Source: Bacteroidota bacterium
GTDB lineage: Bacteria; Bacteroidota; Bacteroidia; Bacteroidales; DTGW01
Assembly (NCBI GenBank): GCA_020049015.1
Contig: JAIFLP010000111.1
Span: 1-44,292 of the forward strand
Length of the DNA stretch: 44,292 nucleotides
Direction of reading: 5' to 3'
A model generated the notes under the pieces. That model was not told where the DNA came from. It worked only from the letters and a program-made list of their open reading frames with translations, and did not search any database. The position numbers were made by a program, and so were the translations under genes. Positions 28,685 to 37,716 of the stretch are shown here, piece by piece. Numbering within the stretch: the stretch's first letter is position 1; every line of letters begins with the position of its first letter.

Positions 28685-29302
28685 TAAATCGATACCCATC
28701 TTACCTTCATTAAATAGAAGATCTAATATGCTAAGATTTTTCTGGAAAGGAAACTTATCATTGAATACTTGGTAATATTCTGGAAACTGAAAGTTAAATT
28801 CTTCTTTTGGTAGTACTTTTTTAGGATGAAGGTTATTCCTGAAATCAATGCAATCAATAGGTATATGATTAAACTCTTCGGTATACGTATGTTTATTCTC
28901 TATTTTTAGCAAACGAATGCAGTTTTGCAATATTTCTTCGTTTAAATCTATTAACCAATGGTGTTTTTTTGTATATAGGGCTTGAATAGAATCTGCATAA
29001 TACATAAAATAGGCAGAATTATTGTACGCCGATTCAATGGCTTTCCAGTGTATTTTTCGCCATGGCGTGCTTTCGTCAATGGCTATTTGATGGATCGGTG
29101 TGTTATTTCCGCAGGTTTTTTTTACTGGAATAATCAACGTTAGGGGGCCGTTACAGGTAAGTATAACACACCTGTTTCTATAACTTTGTTTGTTATAGTT
29201 CTCTTGTTTTTCTATTAAAACTTCAGGTGTGCGGGTATAAACAGAAAAGTATGCTATCGGCGGAAAAAATGCAGTTGATAGCAATACTTTTCTATGCTCC
29301 AT
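28679..29302 (-). CDS. WbqC-family protein
   Basis: About 207 aa. N-terminus LLSTAFFPPIAYF and the overall layout recall the WbqC-like family. Assigned from memory of the family only. Confidence 0.65.
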   Translation of the reverse strand: MEHRKVLLSTAFFPPIAYFSVYTRTPEVLIEKQENYNKQSYRNRCVILTCNGPLTLIIPVKKTCGNNTPIHQIAIDESTPWRKIHWKAIESAYNNSAYFMYYADSIQALYTKKHHWLIDLNEEILQNCIRLLKIENKHTYTEEFNHIPIDCIDFRNNLHPKKVLPKEEFNFQFPEYYQVFNDKFPFQKNLSILDLLFNEGKMGIDLL

Positions 29303-29317
29303 GAAGTATCTTAATGA

Positions 29318-29737
29318 TTAAAAACGTTCAAGTCCAGAGAAGAAGAAATCAGATTCAATTTTTGCTGTTTCATCAGCATCAGAGCCATGCACTGCGTTGC
29401 ACTGAACCGACTCGGCATATAATTTTCTGATAGTGCCATCTGCTGCATTAACAGGGTTTGTTGCTCCAATTAATTTTCTATAGTCTTCTACTGCATTGTC
29501 TTTTGATAGAACAGCAGCAACAATTGGACCAGATGTCATGAACGATACTAGATCGTTAAAGAAAGGCTTACCCTGATGTACACCATAGAATTCTTCAGCC
29601 TGAGCTTTAGAAAGTTGGGTATATTTCATGGCTACTATTTTGAAGCCAGCAGTATTGATTTTCTCTAAAATTGCCCCTATCAGGTTTTTACCTGTTGCGT
29701 CGGGCTTGATCATTGTAAAAGTGATTTTTCCTGTCAT
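29318..29737 (-). CDS. ndk: nucleoside-diphosphate kinase
   Basis: [10 protein letters not shown]-terminus and active-site NAVHGSD. Length 139 aa. Confidence 0.96.
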   Translation of the reverse strand: MTGKITFTMIKPDATGKNLIGAILEKINTAGFKIVAMKYTQLSKAQAEEFYGVHQGKPFFNDLVSFMTSGPIVAAVLSKDNAVEDYRKLIGATNPVNAADGTIRKLYAESVQCNAVHGSDADETAKIESDFFFSGLERF

Positions 29738-29753
29738 GTTTATTTTTATTTAT

Positions 29754-29805
29754 TAGAGACAGGTCTTAGATCTGTCTCTACTGTTATTAAGGTCTAAGAC
29801 TTGTC
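29754..29805 (-). other. argG-ndk intergenic stem-loops (two mutually exclusive pairings)
   Basis: tagagacag (29754-29762) pairs with ctgtctcta (29772-29780), 9 bp. Alternatively gacaggtcttaga (29758-29770) pairs with tctaagacttgtc (29793-29805) at 12 of 13 positions. No U tract follows on the transcribed (minus) strand. Confidence 0.5.
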
Positions 29806-29809
29806 TTTA

Positions 29810-31039
29810 CTATTTTTTGTCATTACGTGCTTTACTATATGCCATTAGTCTCACGGCATTGATTCTTATGAAGCCTTCGCTGTCTTTTTGGTTGAAGCCA
29901 CCTGCAATGTCCATGCTCGAAAGATCTGGATTATATAATGAGTTTTCCGATTCACGTCCGTTCATTATTATATTACCTTTGTATAGGGTAAAGCGAACAA
30001 TACCATTCACCAAATGCTGACTCTTTTCAATGGCATGGTTTACAAAGTCCATCTCAGGGCTAAACCAGTATCCATTATATAACAATTCTGCAAATTTCTG
30101 ACCCAAATTGTTTCGAAGCTTCATTACTTCTCTATCCATGGTTATTCCTTCTAAATCGGCATGCGCAGCCATTAAAATAGTAAAACCTGGAGTTTCATAC
30201 ACTCCTCTTGATTTTATTCCTACGTAACGATTTTCGACCATATCAACTAAGCCTACACCATTTTCTCCGCCAATTTTATTCAAATAATTGAACATGTCTA
30301 AGATAGATGTTTTGGTAGTGCCATCATTCAGATTCTTTACCTTCACAGGAACACCGCCTTTAAATTCAATTTCAAGTTTGGTTTCTTTATCAGGTGCTTG
30401 TTGTGGCATAACCATCTTTGTAAGCATGTCAGCTTCAAAAGAGAAATTAGGATCTTCTAAAATGCCTGCTTCATGGCTGATGTGGATAAGGTTGTCATCT
30501 TCGCTATAAGGTTTTTTTAATGATGCCTTAACGGGGATACCCTTTTCTTCAGCATATTTCAACATATCGGTACGACCCTTAAATTGGTTCAAAAACTCAT
30601 CATCTTTCCACGGTGCAAAAACCTTAATACCTGGTTTTAAAGAGTGGTAGGCCAATTCAAAACGAACTTGGTCGTTTCCTTTTCCGGTAGAACCGTGCGA
30701 TACTATATTTGAACCTTCTATTTCAGCAATTTCAATTTGTCTTTTTGCAATGATAGGGCGGGCTAATGACGTTCCCATATAATACCTGCCTTCGTATAGA
30801 GCACTGGCCTTAAGGGCTGGATATACATAATCTTTGATCATTTCTTCTTGTAAATCTTCTACATATACCTTACTGGCTCCAACTTTTAATGCTTTTTCGC
30901 GTACGGCATTAAAATCTTCTTCTTGTCCTACGTTTGCTACATAGGCAATTACTTCATAACCTTTGTCAATTAACCATTTTAAGATAACAGAAGTATCCAA
31001 ACCGCCGCTATAAGCCAATATCATCTTTTCTTTTGCCAT
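29810..31039 (-). CDS. argG: argininosuccinate synthase
   Basis: [12 protein letters not shown]-pyrophosphatase motif and [13 protein letters not shown]. Length 409 aa. Confidence 0.96.
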   Translation of the reverse strand: MAKEKMILAYSGGLDTSVILKWLIDKGYEVIAYVANVGQEEDFNAVREKALKVGASKVYVEDLQEEMIKDYVYPALKASALYEGRYYMGTSLARPIIAKRQIEIAEIEGSNIVSHGSTGKGNDQVRFELAYHSLKPGIKVFAPWKDDEFLNQFKGRTDMLKYAEEKGIPVKASLKKPYSEDDNLIHISHEAGILEDPNFSFEADMLTKMVMPQQAPDKETKLEIEFKGGVPVKVKNLNDGTTKTSILDMFNYLNKIGGENGVGLVDMVENRYVGIKSRGVYETPGFTILMAAHADLEGITMDREVMKLRNNLGQKFAELLYNGYWFSPEMDFVNHAIEKSQHLVNGIVRFTLYKGNIIMNGRESENSLYNPDLSSMDIAGGFNQKDSEGFIRINAVRLMAYSKARNDKK

Positions 31040-31191
31040 TTTTTTGTATTGTGTTGATTTTTAAAGCTGCAAATTAAAGGATTTTTCAATTAATTTGGAA
31101 TAATTAGTTCATTTATTTAGATTAGGTTATTATGATTTTATTGATTCAATTTTTAAAATTTTGATTATTTTTGAAGAATAAATATTTATTT

Positions 31192-31734
31192 ATGAGAATA
31201 CTTAAAGAAGATACTGTAGCTGTAATGGTTGATATTCAAGAAAAACTAATCCCTCATATGAGTGAAACTGATTTGTTGCTTCAACAGGCAGGTCGTTTAA
31301 TAGACGGCTTAAAAGCATTGCAGGTTCCTATTTTAATTACTGAACAATATCGAAAAGGATTGGGTGAAACACAGTCAAGTTTGCAGCAAAAATTTGATGC
31401 TTTTAGTTATTTAGAAAAAACAGCTTTCAGTTGTTGCGATGATGACGCTTTTTTGTCGAAAATAAATTTTATTGGTAAAAAGAATGTCCTTCTTTTTGGT
31501 ATTGAATCGCATATTTGCGTGCTTCAAACAGCAATTGATTTACTGGCTAATGGATATATTGTAGTGGTGGTTGATGATGCAGTATCGTCAAGAAATCCTA
31601 ATGATAAACTAGTTGCTATGGAAAGGCTCAAACAAGAAGGGGCTATAGTTACTACTGTAGAGTCAATTCTATTCGAAATGTGCAGGTATTCCGGTACCGA
31701 TGTATTTAAAATAATTTCAAAGCTAATTAAATAA
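31192..31734 (+). CDS. isochorismatase-family hydrolase
   Basis: VMVDIQEKL N-terminal strand with Asp, and catalytic Cys context GIESHICVLQTA. ATG at 31192 is preferred over the track TTG at 31171. Confidence 0.75.
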   Translation: MRILKEDTVAVMVDIQEKLIPHMSETDLLLQQAGRLIDGLKALQVPILITEQYRKGLGETQSSLQQKFDAFSYLEKTAFSCCDDDAFLSKINFIGKKNVLLFGIESHICVLQTAIDLLANGYIVVVVDDAVSSRNPNDKLVAMERLKQEGAIVTTVESILFEMCRYSGTDVFKIISKLIK

Positions 31735-33195
31735 TCACGGATAAGCCAATTGAATTAATCCGGCACCTTCAATTTTTTTACCACCTGTTGTGGATAGTTT
31801 AATGATGTATGCATATATTCCTTCATTGGCCTTTCCCAAACTGGTATTGCCGTCCCATGCCTTGTCTTTGTCTTTTGTTTCAAAAACTTTGCGATTCCAT
31901 TTATCAAAAATGATGAATTGATATTCCGAAGGATTTAAAAATAATCTGGGTTTTACAGCATCATTTATCCCATCGCCATTAGGCGTAAAAAGGTCAGGCA
32001 CTTCAAATGCGGTGCTTAAATCAATGCAAACTTGTTGGGTGGTAACTATAGAGTTAATGTTATTCGGGTTGTTCATTTCTTCTGCTACAAGTCCATAACA
32101 AACTTTTCCAAAGATTTCGAGCTTTCTGAGTTCGTCGTAATCTTCTGTATAGTCTTGCCCTAAAGATGAAGATAAAAGCAAAGAACCATTTTCGTCAAAT
32201 CTGGTTAAGCTATAATTGTTTATTTCTCCGCCAAACCAGCTTATCTGTGACCAATCTAAATGCACTGATTCTTGCGATTTACTTAGGTTTAAGCCTAATG
32301 TTGAAATAATACTGCTTTCATAAATGGTATTATTACATTCATTTAATCCTATTACTTTATAGTAGTTTGGGAAAAATTGAGCTTTCTTATTTTGAATTTC
32401 AAAACTTCTATTGGCTTGAATTATGCCCACAGGTATCGTGTCTTTAAATGAAGCATTATCAATGCCCCATACTACTGACAAATTTGAAATGTTACTCAAT
32501 GGATCAATTTGATATAATATGCGATCTCCTTCTTTAGATGCGTTTATTTCTTTAGGATAAATAAATTGAGGTAACAGGGGTTGAACTACAGGAGTACAAA
32601 CTATATTAGAATTGCTAGTATAACTGGGTCCAACTGTTTGAATGTAATAGCAATAATTACCCGATTGAATGGGAATTATTTTACTGGTAGAAGTATTACT
32701 AATATTTTGTTGAACTTCTTGAAATAGGATTCCATCATTACTTTCAAATAATTTATAGCTCAATGTAGAAAAACCTTCATAAGGATTCCAGCTAAAATTA
32801 AAAGTGCGATTGCAGGCATCGTAATTACTTTCTAAAATTACCGAGGTGTGGTTTTGGGGTATGATACTTTTATTTTTACTGGTGTCAATAGCGCCAACAA
32901 AAAATGTTAATGCAGCATCATAGCTCGCCACTTTGTATATGAATTGATTGATGGAACCCGCAACGGTATCTATTGCATCATATATAGCAAATCCGCTACC
33001 CGAACGTTTTTTATAAATGATATAAAACTCAACATCTGCTGACGTAGAAGCCAACCAGTTAATTTCGATATTTTCGGAGGGATTAAGTACTGTTATATAT
33101 GTAATGGAGGGTGGTTCAGGTTTTACCAGATCTTGTCCGTTTAAGAAATTTAAAGACAGCAATAATGCCAATTGCAAAACAATAATTTTTACCAT
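31735..33195 (-). CDS. secreted protein with a T9SS type-B (gliding-motility-associated) C-terminal sorting domain
   Basis: Signal peptide (LQLALLLSLNFLNGQ). Repeated Ig/Fn3-like sized blocks. C-terminus FTPNGDGINDAVKP...WDGN...GIYAYIIKL is characteristic of this sorting domain. Confidence 0.8.
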   Translation of the reverse strand: MVKIIVLQLALLLSLNFLNGQDLVKPEPPSITYITVLNPSENIEINWLASTSADVEFYIIYKKRSGSGFAIYDAIDTVAGSINQFIYKVASYDAALTFFVGAIDTSKNKSIIPQNHTSVILESNYDACNRTFNFSWNPYEGFSTLSYKLFESNDGILFQEVQQNISNTSTSKIIPIQSGNYCYYIQTVGPSYTSNSNIVCTPVVQPLLPQFIYPKEINASKEGDRILYQIDPLSNISNLSVVWGIDNASFKDTIPVGIIQANRSFEIQNKKAQFFPNYYKVIGLNECNNTIYESSIISTLGLNLSKSQESVHLDWSQISWFGGEINNYSLTRFDENGSLLLSSSLGQDYTEDYDELRKLEIFGKVCYGLVAEEMNNPNNINSIVTTQQVCIDLSTAFEVPDLFTPNGDGINDAVKPRLFLNPSEYQFIIFDKWNRKVFETKDKDKAWDGNTSLGKANEGIYAYIIKLSTTGGKKIEGAGLIQLAYP

Positions 33196-34139
33196 TTATT
33201 GCAAAACGTATCTTTTACCTTGTTAGAAGCTTCATGAAATGATAGCATAATTTCTTTAATAATATCGGAGGCAGGCATTATGGTGTCAAAATTGGCAGCC
33301 ACCTGACCAATTTCTAATTCTCCTTCTTCCATATTACCTTCAAACATACCCAAACGTGTTCTTCCTTTACCAGCATATTGTAATAGTTCTTCTTTACTCA
33401 CGCCTTTTTCTTCCATTGATTCTATGGTGTTGCAAAAAGAATTTTTGATGAGTCTTACGGGAGTAATTTTCTTCATTGATAGTCTTGTTCCTCCATCTGG
33501 GAGCTGGACAACCGTGTTTTTAAAATTTTGATGTGCGGAACATTCTGTTGAGGCAACAAATCTGGAACCTATTTGTACCCCTGCCGCGCCCAAACTCATT
33601 ACCGCAAGCATTGATTTCCCGCATCCAATGCCACCTGCCGCTATTACCGGTATGTGTGTATTTTTTATAATTAGTGGTAATAATGTTAGCGTCGAAGTTT
33701 CTTCCCTGCCATTATGACCACCTGCTTCTACACCTTCAGCTACAATGGCGTCAACTCCTGCTGCTTCTGCTTTTTGAGCAAATTTTAAATTTGAAACAAC
33801 ATGAACTACGATAATTCCTTCGTTTTTTAATATGCTGGTCCAAGTAGAAGGATTTCCTGCCGAAGTAAATACAATTTTAATCCCAGAATTAATAATAACC
33901 TTCATTGTTTCATCTATGCGGGAATACAATAAAGGAACATTAACTCCAAATGGTTTATCGGTATTGGCTTTGGTTTTATCAATATGTAATTGAAGAACTT
34001 CTGGTTGCATTGAACCAGCTCCAATAAGTCCCAAACCTCCCGCATTACTAACGGCCGATGCTAATTCCCATCCACTACACCAAGCCATTCCTGCTTGTAC
34101 AATTGGATATTGGATTTTAAAAAGTTCAGTAATAAACAT
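33189..34139 (-). CDS. NAD(P)H-dependent flavin oxidoreductase, nitronate monooxygenase / FabK-like family
   Basis: YPIVQAGMAWCSG...AGGLGLIG N-terminus, AGGHNG and AAGGIG FMN-binding blocks. Length 316 aa. Confidence 0.78.
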   Translation of the reverse strand: MFITELFKIQYPIVQAGMAWCSGWELASAVSNAGGLGLIGAGSMQPEVLQLHIDKTKANTDKPFGVNVPLLYSRIDETMKVIINSGIKIVFTSAGNPSTWTSILKNEGIIVVHVVSNLKFAQKAEAAGVDAIVAEGVEAGGHNGREETSTLTLLPLIIKNTHIPVIAAGGIGCGKSMLAVMSLGAAGVQIGSRFVASTECSAHQNFKNTVVQLPDGGTRLSMKKITPVRLIKNSFCNTIESMEEKGVSKEELLQYAGKGRTRLGMFEGNMEEGELEIGQVAANFDTIMPASDIIKEIMLSFHEASNKVKDTFCNKW

Positions 34140-34144
34140 GCGGA

Positions 34145-35170
34145 TTATTTAATTAATTCTGCTAATTTTTTTTCAAGTTCTTCCCCTCTTAATCCTTTAG
34201 CAATAACATTTCCATTGGGGTCAACCAAAACAGTAAAAGGTATCGACTGAACCTTATATAATCTGCCTGCCTGAGAATCCCATTGTTTTAAATCACTTAC
34301 CTGGGGCCATAATAATTTATCATCGCTAATTGCTTTAATCCAAGCATCACCCGACTTGTCTAGTGATACTCCGAGTATTTCAAAGTTTTTTCCGTTATAT
34401 TTAGCGTACATTTTTGTTAATTCAGGGCTTGCCATTCGGCATGGACCGCACCACGAAGCCCAAAAATCAATTAAAACATATTTACCCCTGAAATCAGATA
34501 AACTTATGTTTTTACCAACAGGGTTGGGTAAAGTAAAATCTGGTGCTAGACTACCTGGCTTTAGAAATTTTGAAGATTCCACTTTATTACTAAAGTCACT
34601 AACAAAAGGATCATTAGGATAATTTTTTGTCAATCCTGCAGATACTTTCTCATAAACCATAAAATTACTGTCCATATTCAACGATTCAATAAAATAGAGC
34701 GAGGATAATGAACCAGGATTAGCGGTCAAGGTTTGTATCAGAAATTGTTTTTTCTCTTCCTGCAATTTTTTATTCATATCTTTAATCTGCTGCTCATAAT
34801 CATTTAATTGCTTAACGGTAGAATACAAAAGCTTGGTGTCAGCAGATCCTTCCACATAAGGTATTTTCGGATTGTTTAAGTCAAAATTTAGGGTAACTTT
34901 ATCACCAGGATTTAGAATGAGAAAGAAAAAACTATTCTGATCATTGCCGAATTTTAACCTGTAATAACTAGTTCTGTTAATATTAATAGCTAAAGAGTAT
35001 TTTCCGTCAGCTTTTAAAGTATCCCGACCCAACACATTATTGTTTAGGATATCGTCTATAAGTAAAACCTTTCCTTTTATTGAATTTTTAACAATGCCCG
35101 TTACACTAGTTTCCTGAGCGTTAATTCCTAAACATAGAAACAGTAATATAATCAGATGTTTTATTCTCAT
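34145..35170 (-). CDS. TlpA/ResA-like thiol-disulfide oxidoreductase with an N-terminal extension
   Basis: Signal peptide and thioredoxin-fold motif FWASWCGPCR in the C-terminal ~150 aa. Confidence 0.88.
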   Translation of the reverse strand: MRIKHLIILLFLCLGINAQETSVTGIVKNSIKGKVLLIDDILNNNVLGRDTLKADGKYSLAININRTSYYRLKFGNDQNSFFFLILNPGDKVTLNFDLNNPKIPYVEGSADTKLLYSTVKQLNDYEQQIKDMNKKLQEEKKQFLIQTLTANPGSLSSLYFIESLNMDSNFMVYEKVSAGLTKNYPNDPFVSDFSNKVESSKFLKPGSLAPDFTLPNPVGKNISLSDFRGKYVLIDFWASWCGPCRMASPELTKMYAKYNGKNFEILGVSLDKSGDAWIKAISDDKLLWPQVSDLKQWDSQAGRLYKVQSIPFTVLVDPNGNVIAKGLRGEELEKKLAELIK

Positions 35171-35205
35171 ATTATTTTATTTTTTTGTTTTCTTCGAATT
35201 GCAGA

Positions 35206-35580
35206 TTATTCTTTCTCAATGAAGCTAATCTCTGTGTTAAGAATAGATGCAAAATACTCGCCTCTCTCTTTTATATCTTCGTCGCCTTCCTCATAATACC
35301 AATTTATCTTTACGTGATGGTGATCAGATTTATGGTCTACTAAATCCCTAAGCAAATAGAGTATGGACTTAGAAGAACCGCTATTGAAATATTCAAGATC
35401 AATTTCAATAAGCGTATTTGGTTGGGGATTGGAACAATACTCCAAAACCCAAATATACAATGGTTCATAGAATTTTGAAGGATCCTCAGGTATGCAACGG
35501 CCGCTAATTTTCAATACCCCATTGGTATCGAACATGACTTCCGGCGTTTTTTTTGTTTTTTTAATATAGATATTCTCCAT
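35206..35580 (-). CDS. SiaC-family (DUF1987) protein
   Basis: About 124 aa. The pattern TPEVMFDTNGVLKISGRCIPEDPSKFYEPL...IDLEYFNSGSSKSILYLL...INWYYEEGDEDIKERGE matches my recollection of DUF1987. ATG at 35580 is preferred over the track TTG at 35592. Confidence 0.65.
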   Translation of the reverse strand: MENIYIKKTKKTPEVMFDTNGVLKISGRCIPEDPSKFYEPLYIWVLEYCSNPQPNTLIEIDLEYFNSGSSKSILYLLRDLVDHKSDHHHVKINWYYEEGDEDIKERGEYFASILNTEISFIEKE

Positions 35581-35661
35581 CTTCTTACTCAAAGATTTTT
35601 ACAAATATAATAAAAAGTAGTTACAATAATCTATTTTTGCCTACAATATAAATTTTTATTC

Positions 35662-36213
35662 ATGGACGCTTATTCACCTTACTTGTTAGAAGCTATTTGT
35701 TATGCCGCTGAGCAACATAAGTATCAGCGCCGTAAAGGTTTTGCTAAAATACCGTATATCAACCATCCACTTAAGGTTGCCCGACTCATATATAAATTCA
35801 AGCCCCATGTTGAAGAGAGTATACTGCTGGCTGCAATTTTGCACGATACTATTGAAGATACGGATACTACAGCCGAAATACTTGAAAAAAAATTTGGTGC
35901 CGAAGTAGCCCAATTGGTGCTTGAAGTTACGGATGATAAAACGCTAGATGAGCCATCCCGCAAGCAAAAACAGATAGATAAAGCTCCATTTCTTTCAGAT
36001 GGGGCTAAAATAATAAAAATTGCCGATAAAATTTGTAATATGCTCGATTTGCTTCATTATCCTATTAAGTGGACAGATGAGCGCAAAATAAGGTATATGA
36101 AGTGGAGCAAAGATGTGGTAATCCATTGCAAAGGAATTTGCCCTGACTTAGATAAGGAATTTGACCACACATTAGAAAAGGCAAAAGCATTGTTAAATAC
36201 CCAAATTGAATAA
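35662..36213 (+). CDS. HD-domain (p)ppGpp pyrophosphohydrolase, Mesh1-like small alarmone hydrolase
   Basis: AAEQHKYQRRKG..IPYINHPLKVA, LHDTIEDTDTT, FGAEVAQLVLEVTDDK, and RKQKQI...KIADKICNM. This is the SpoT/Mesh1 hydrolase-domain pattern without a synthetase domain. Confidence 0.8.
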   Translation: MDAYSPYLLEAICYAAEQHKYQRRKGFAKIPYINHPLKVARLIYKFKPHVEESILLAAILHDTIEDTDTTAEILEKKFGAEVAQLVLEVTDDKTLDEPSRKQKQIDKAPFLSDGAKIIKIADKICNMLDLLHYPIKWTDERKIRYMKWSKDVVIHCKGICPDLDKEFDHTLEKAKALLNTQIE

Positions 36214-36215
36214 TT

Positions 36216-36683
36216 ATGTTTACTCTAATTGATCAAATTTTGCTGAGCGAATTAGCTTCAAAGGCCAAGAACTCGCCGCGAAAACGAATGAATCATAATT
36301 TTCATAGCGATTTATCTGATACATTGCAGCGGATGCTCAATAGCGTGGAACCCGGTTCATACTGTCGCCCGCACCGTCATCTTTCTGAACCTAAAAGGGA
36401 AGTTTTTCTTATTTTAAAAGGAAGAATTGCTGTTTTTCATTTTAACCATGTTGGTGAAATTGTTTCCAAAACCATACTCGATACAGCGAAAGGCGTATAT
36501 GGAATTGAAATACCGCCAGGCGAATATCATAGTATAGTTTCTCTCGAATCAGGTTCTGTAGTGTATGAATTAAAAGATGGCCCTTACATTCCTTTATCAG
36601 ATAAAGATTTTGCACCCTGGGCGCCCGCTGAGGGTAGTGCAGAAGCAGACGATTATTTAAATAAATTAATGAAGTTATTATAA
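36216..36683 (+). CDS. WbuC-family cupin-fold metalloprotein
   Basis: N-terminus SPRKRMNHNFH...LQRMLN...YCRPHRH and about 155 aa. Recalled family pattern only. Confidence 0.6.
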   Translation: MFTLIDQILLSELASKAKNSPRKRMNHNFHSDLSDTLQRMLNSVEPGSYCRPHRHLSEPKREVFLILKGRIAVFHFNHVGEIVSKTILDTAKGVYGIEIPPGEYHSIVSLESGSVVYELKDGPYIPLSDKDFAPWAPAEGSAEADDYLNKLMKLL

Positions 36684-37685
36684 TCGCGCTAAGGGGACAA
36701 TATTTTGTTGTGCAAATTGATTTTGTAAATATTTGAAATATCCTGTAGTAGCTATCATTGCGGCATTATCTGTAGTGTATTTAATAGCCGGTAGATATAC
36801 TTTGTATCCTTTACTGCCTATTTTTGCTTGCATTGCACTGCGAAGCGATGAATTGGCTGATACCCCACCAGCCAATGTTATTTGCTTAATTTTTGTTTGA
36901 TTCAATGCCAAAAAGCTTTTTTCAACTAATATTTCTACAATGGTATTTTGCAATGATGCGCATAAGTCAGCTTTGTTATTCTCTATAAATAAAGGGTCGT
37001 GCCGCAATTGATCTTGCAAAAAGTATAAAAATGAAGTTTTTAAACCCGAAAAACTGAAATTCAAACCCTCTATTCTGGGCTTGTTGAAGCGGAATGCATT
37101 AGCATTACCAAGCTTAGCTAAGGCATCTATGTGTGGACCTCCAGGATATGGCAATCCCATTAATTTGGCACATTTATCAAATGCTTCGCCGGCTGCATCA
37201 TCAATAGATTGTCCAATTATTTCCATTTCCAAATGGTCTGTCACTTTAATTAGTTGCGTATGGCCTCCCGATACTAACAGGCAAAGAAAAGGGAAGGAGG
37301 GAGGTTGGTTATCACTTTCATTGATAAAACAGCTTAATACATGGCCTTGAAGATGATTTACATCAATCATTTTACAGCCTCTGGCCAATGAAAAGCCCTT
37401 GGCAAACGAAACGCCAACTAGCAGCGAGCCCATTAATCCAGGCCCACGAGTAAATGCTACTGCCGATATTTCGCTTAAGCCTATACCTGACTGTTTTACA
37501 GCCATATCTACCGTAGGTATAATATTTTGTTGGTGTGCCCTTGATGCTAATTCTGGTATTACTCCACCATAAATCTCATGAACCTGCTGCCCTGATACTA
37601 TATTCGATAATAAAAAACCATCTTTTACAATAGATGCAGAGGTATCGTCGCACGATGATTCAATTCCCAATATGATTATGCTCAT
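36678..37685 (-). CDS. tsaD: tRNA N6-adenosine threonylcarbamoyltransferase
   Basis: ILGIESSCDDTSASIV, LVSGGHTQL and GGVSANSSLR motifs. Length 335 aa. Confidence 0.96.
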   Translation of the reverse strand: MSIIILGIESSCDDTSASIVKDGFLLSNIVSGQQVHEIYGGVIPELASRAHQQNIIPTVDMAVKQSGIGLSEISAVAFTRGPGLMGSLLVGVSFAKGFSLARGCKMIDVNHLQGHVLSCFINESDNQPPSFPFLCLLVSGGHTQLIKVTDHLEMEIIGQSIDDAAGEAFDKCAKLMGLPYPGGPHIDALAKLGNANAFRFNKPRIEGLNFSFSGLKTSFLYFLQDQLRHDPLFIENNKADLCASLQNTIVEILVEKSFLALNQTKIKQITLAGGVSANSSLRSAMQAKIGSKGYKVYLPAIKYTTDNAAMIATTGYFKYLQNQFAQQNIVPLARL

Positions 37686-37716
37686 TCATTAAAAAATTTA
37701 AACTAATTTTGCATCA

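Noticed and set aside
31095-31112. ARG-box-like sequence ttggaataattagttcat upstream of argG
   Set aside because: It resembles the enteric TGAATwwwwATTCA box only with an insertion. I do not know the Bacteroidota ArgR motif well enough, and the AT-rich background gives many such near-matches.
35686-35963. Three overlapping ORFs on both strands within the Mesh1-like hydrolase gene
   Set aside because: The hydrolase frame carries the HD-family motifs, while the others give nonsense-like sequence.
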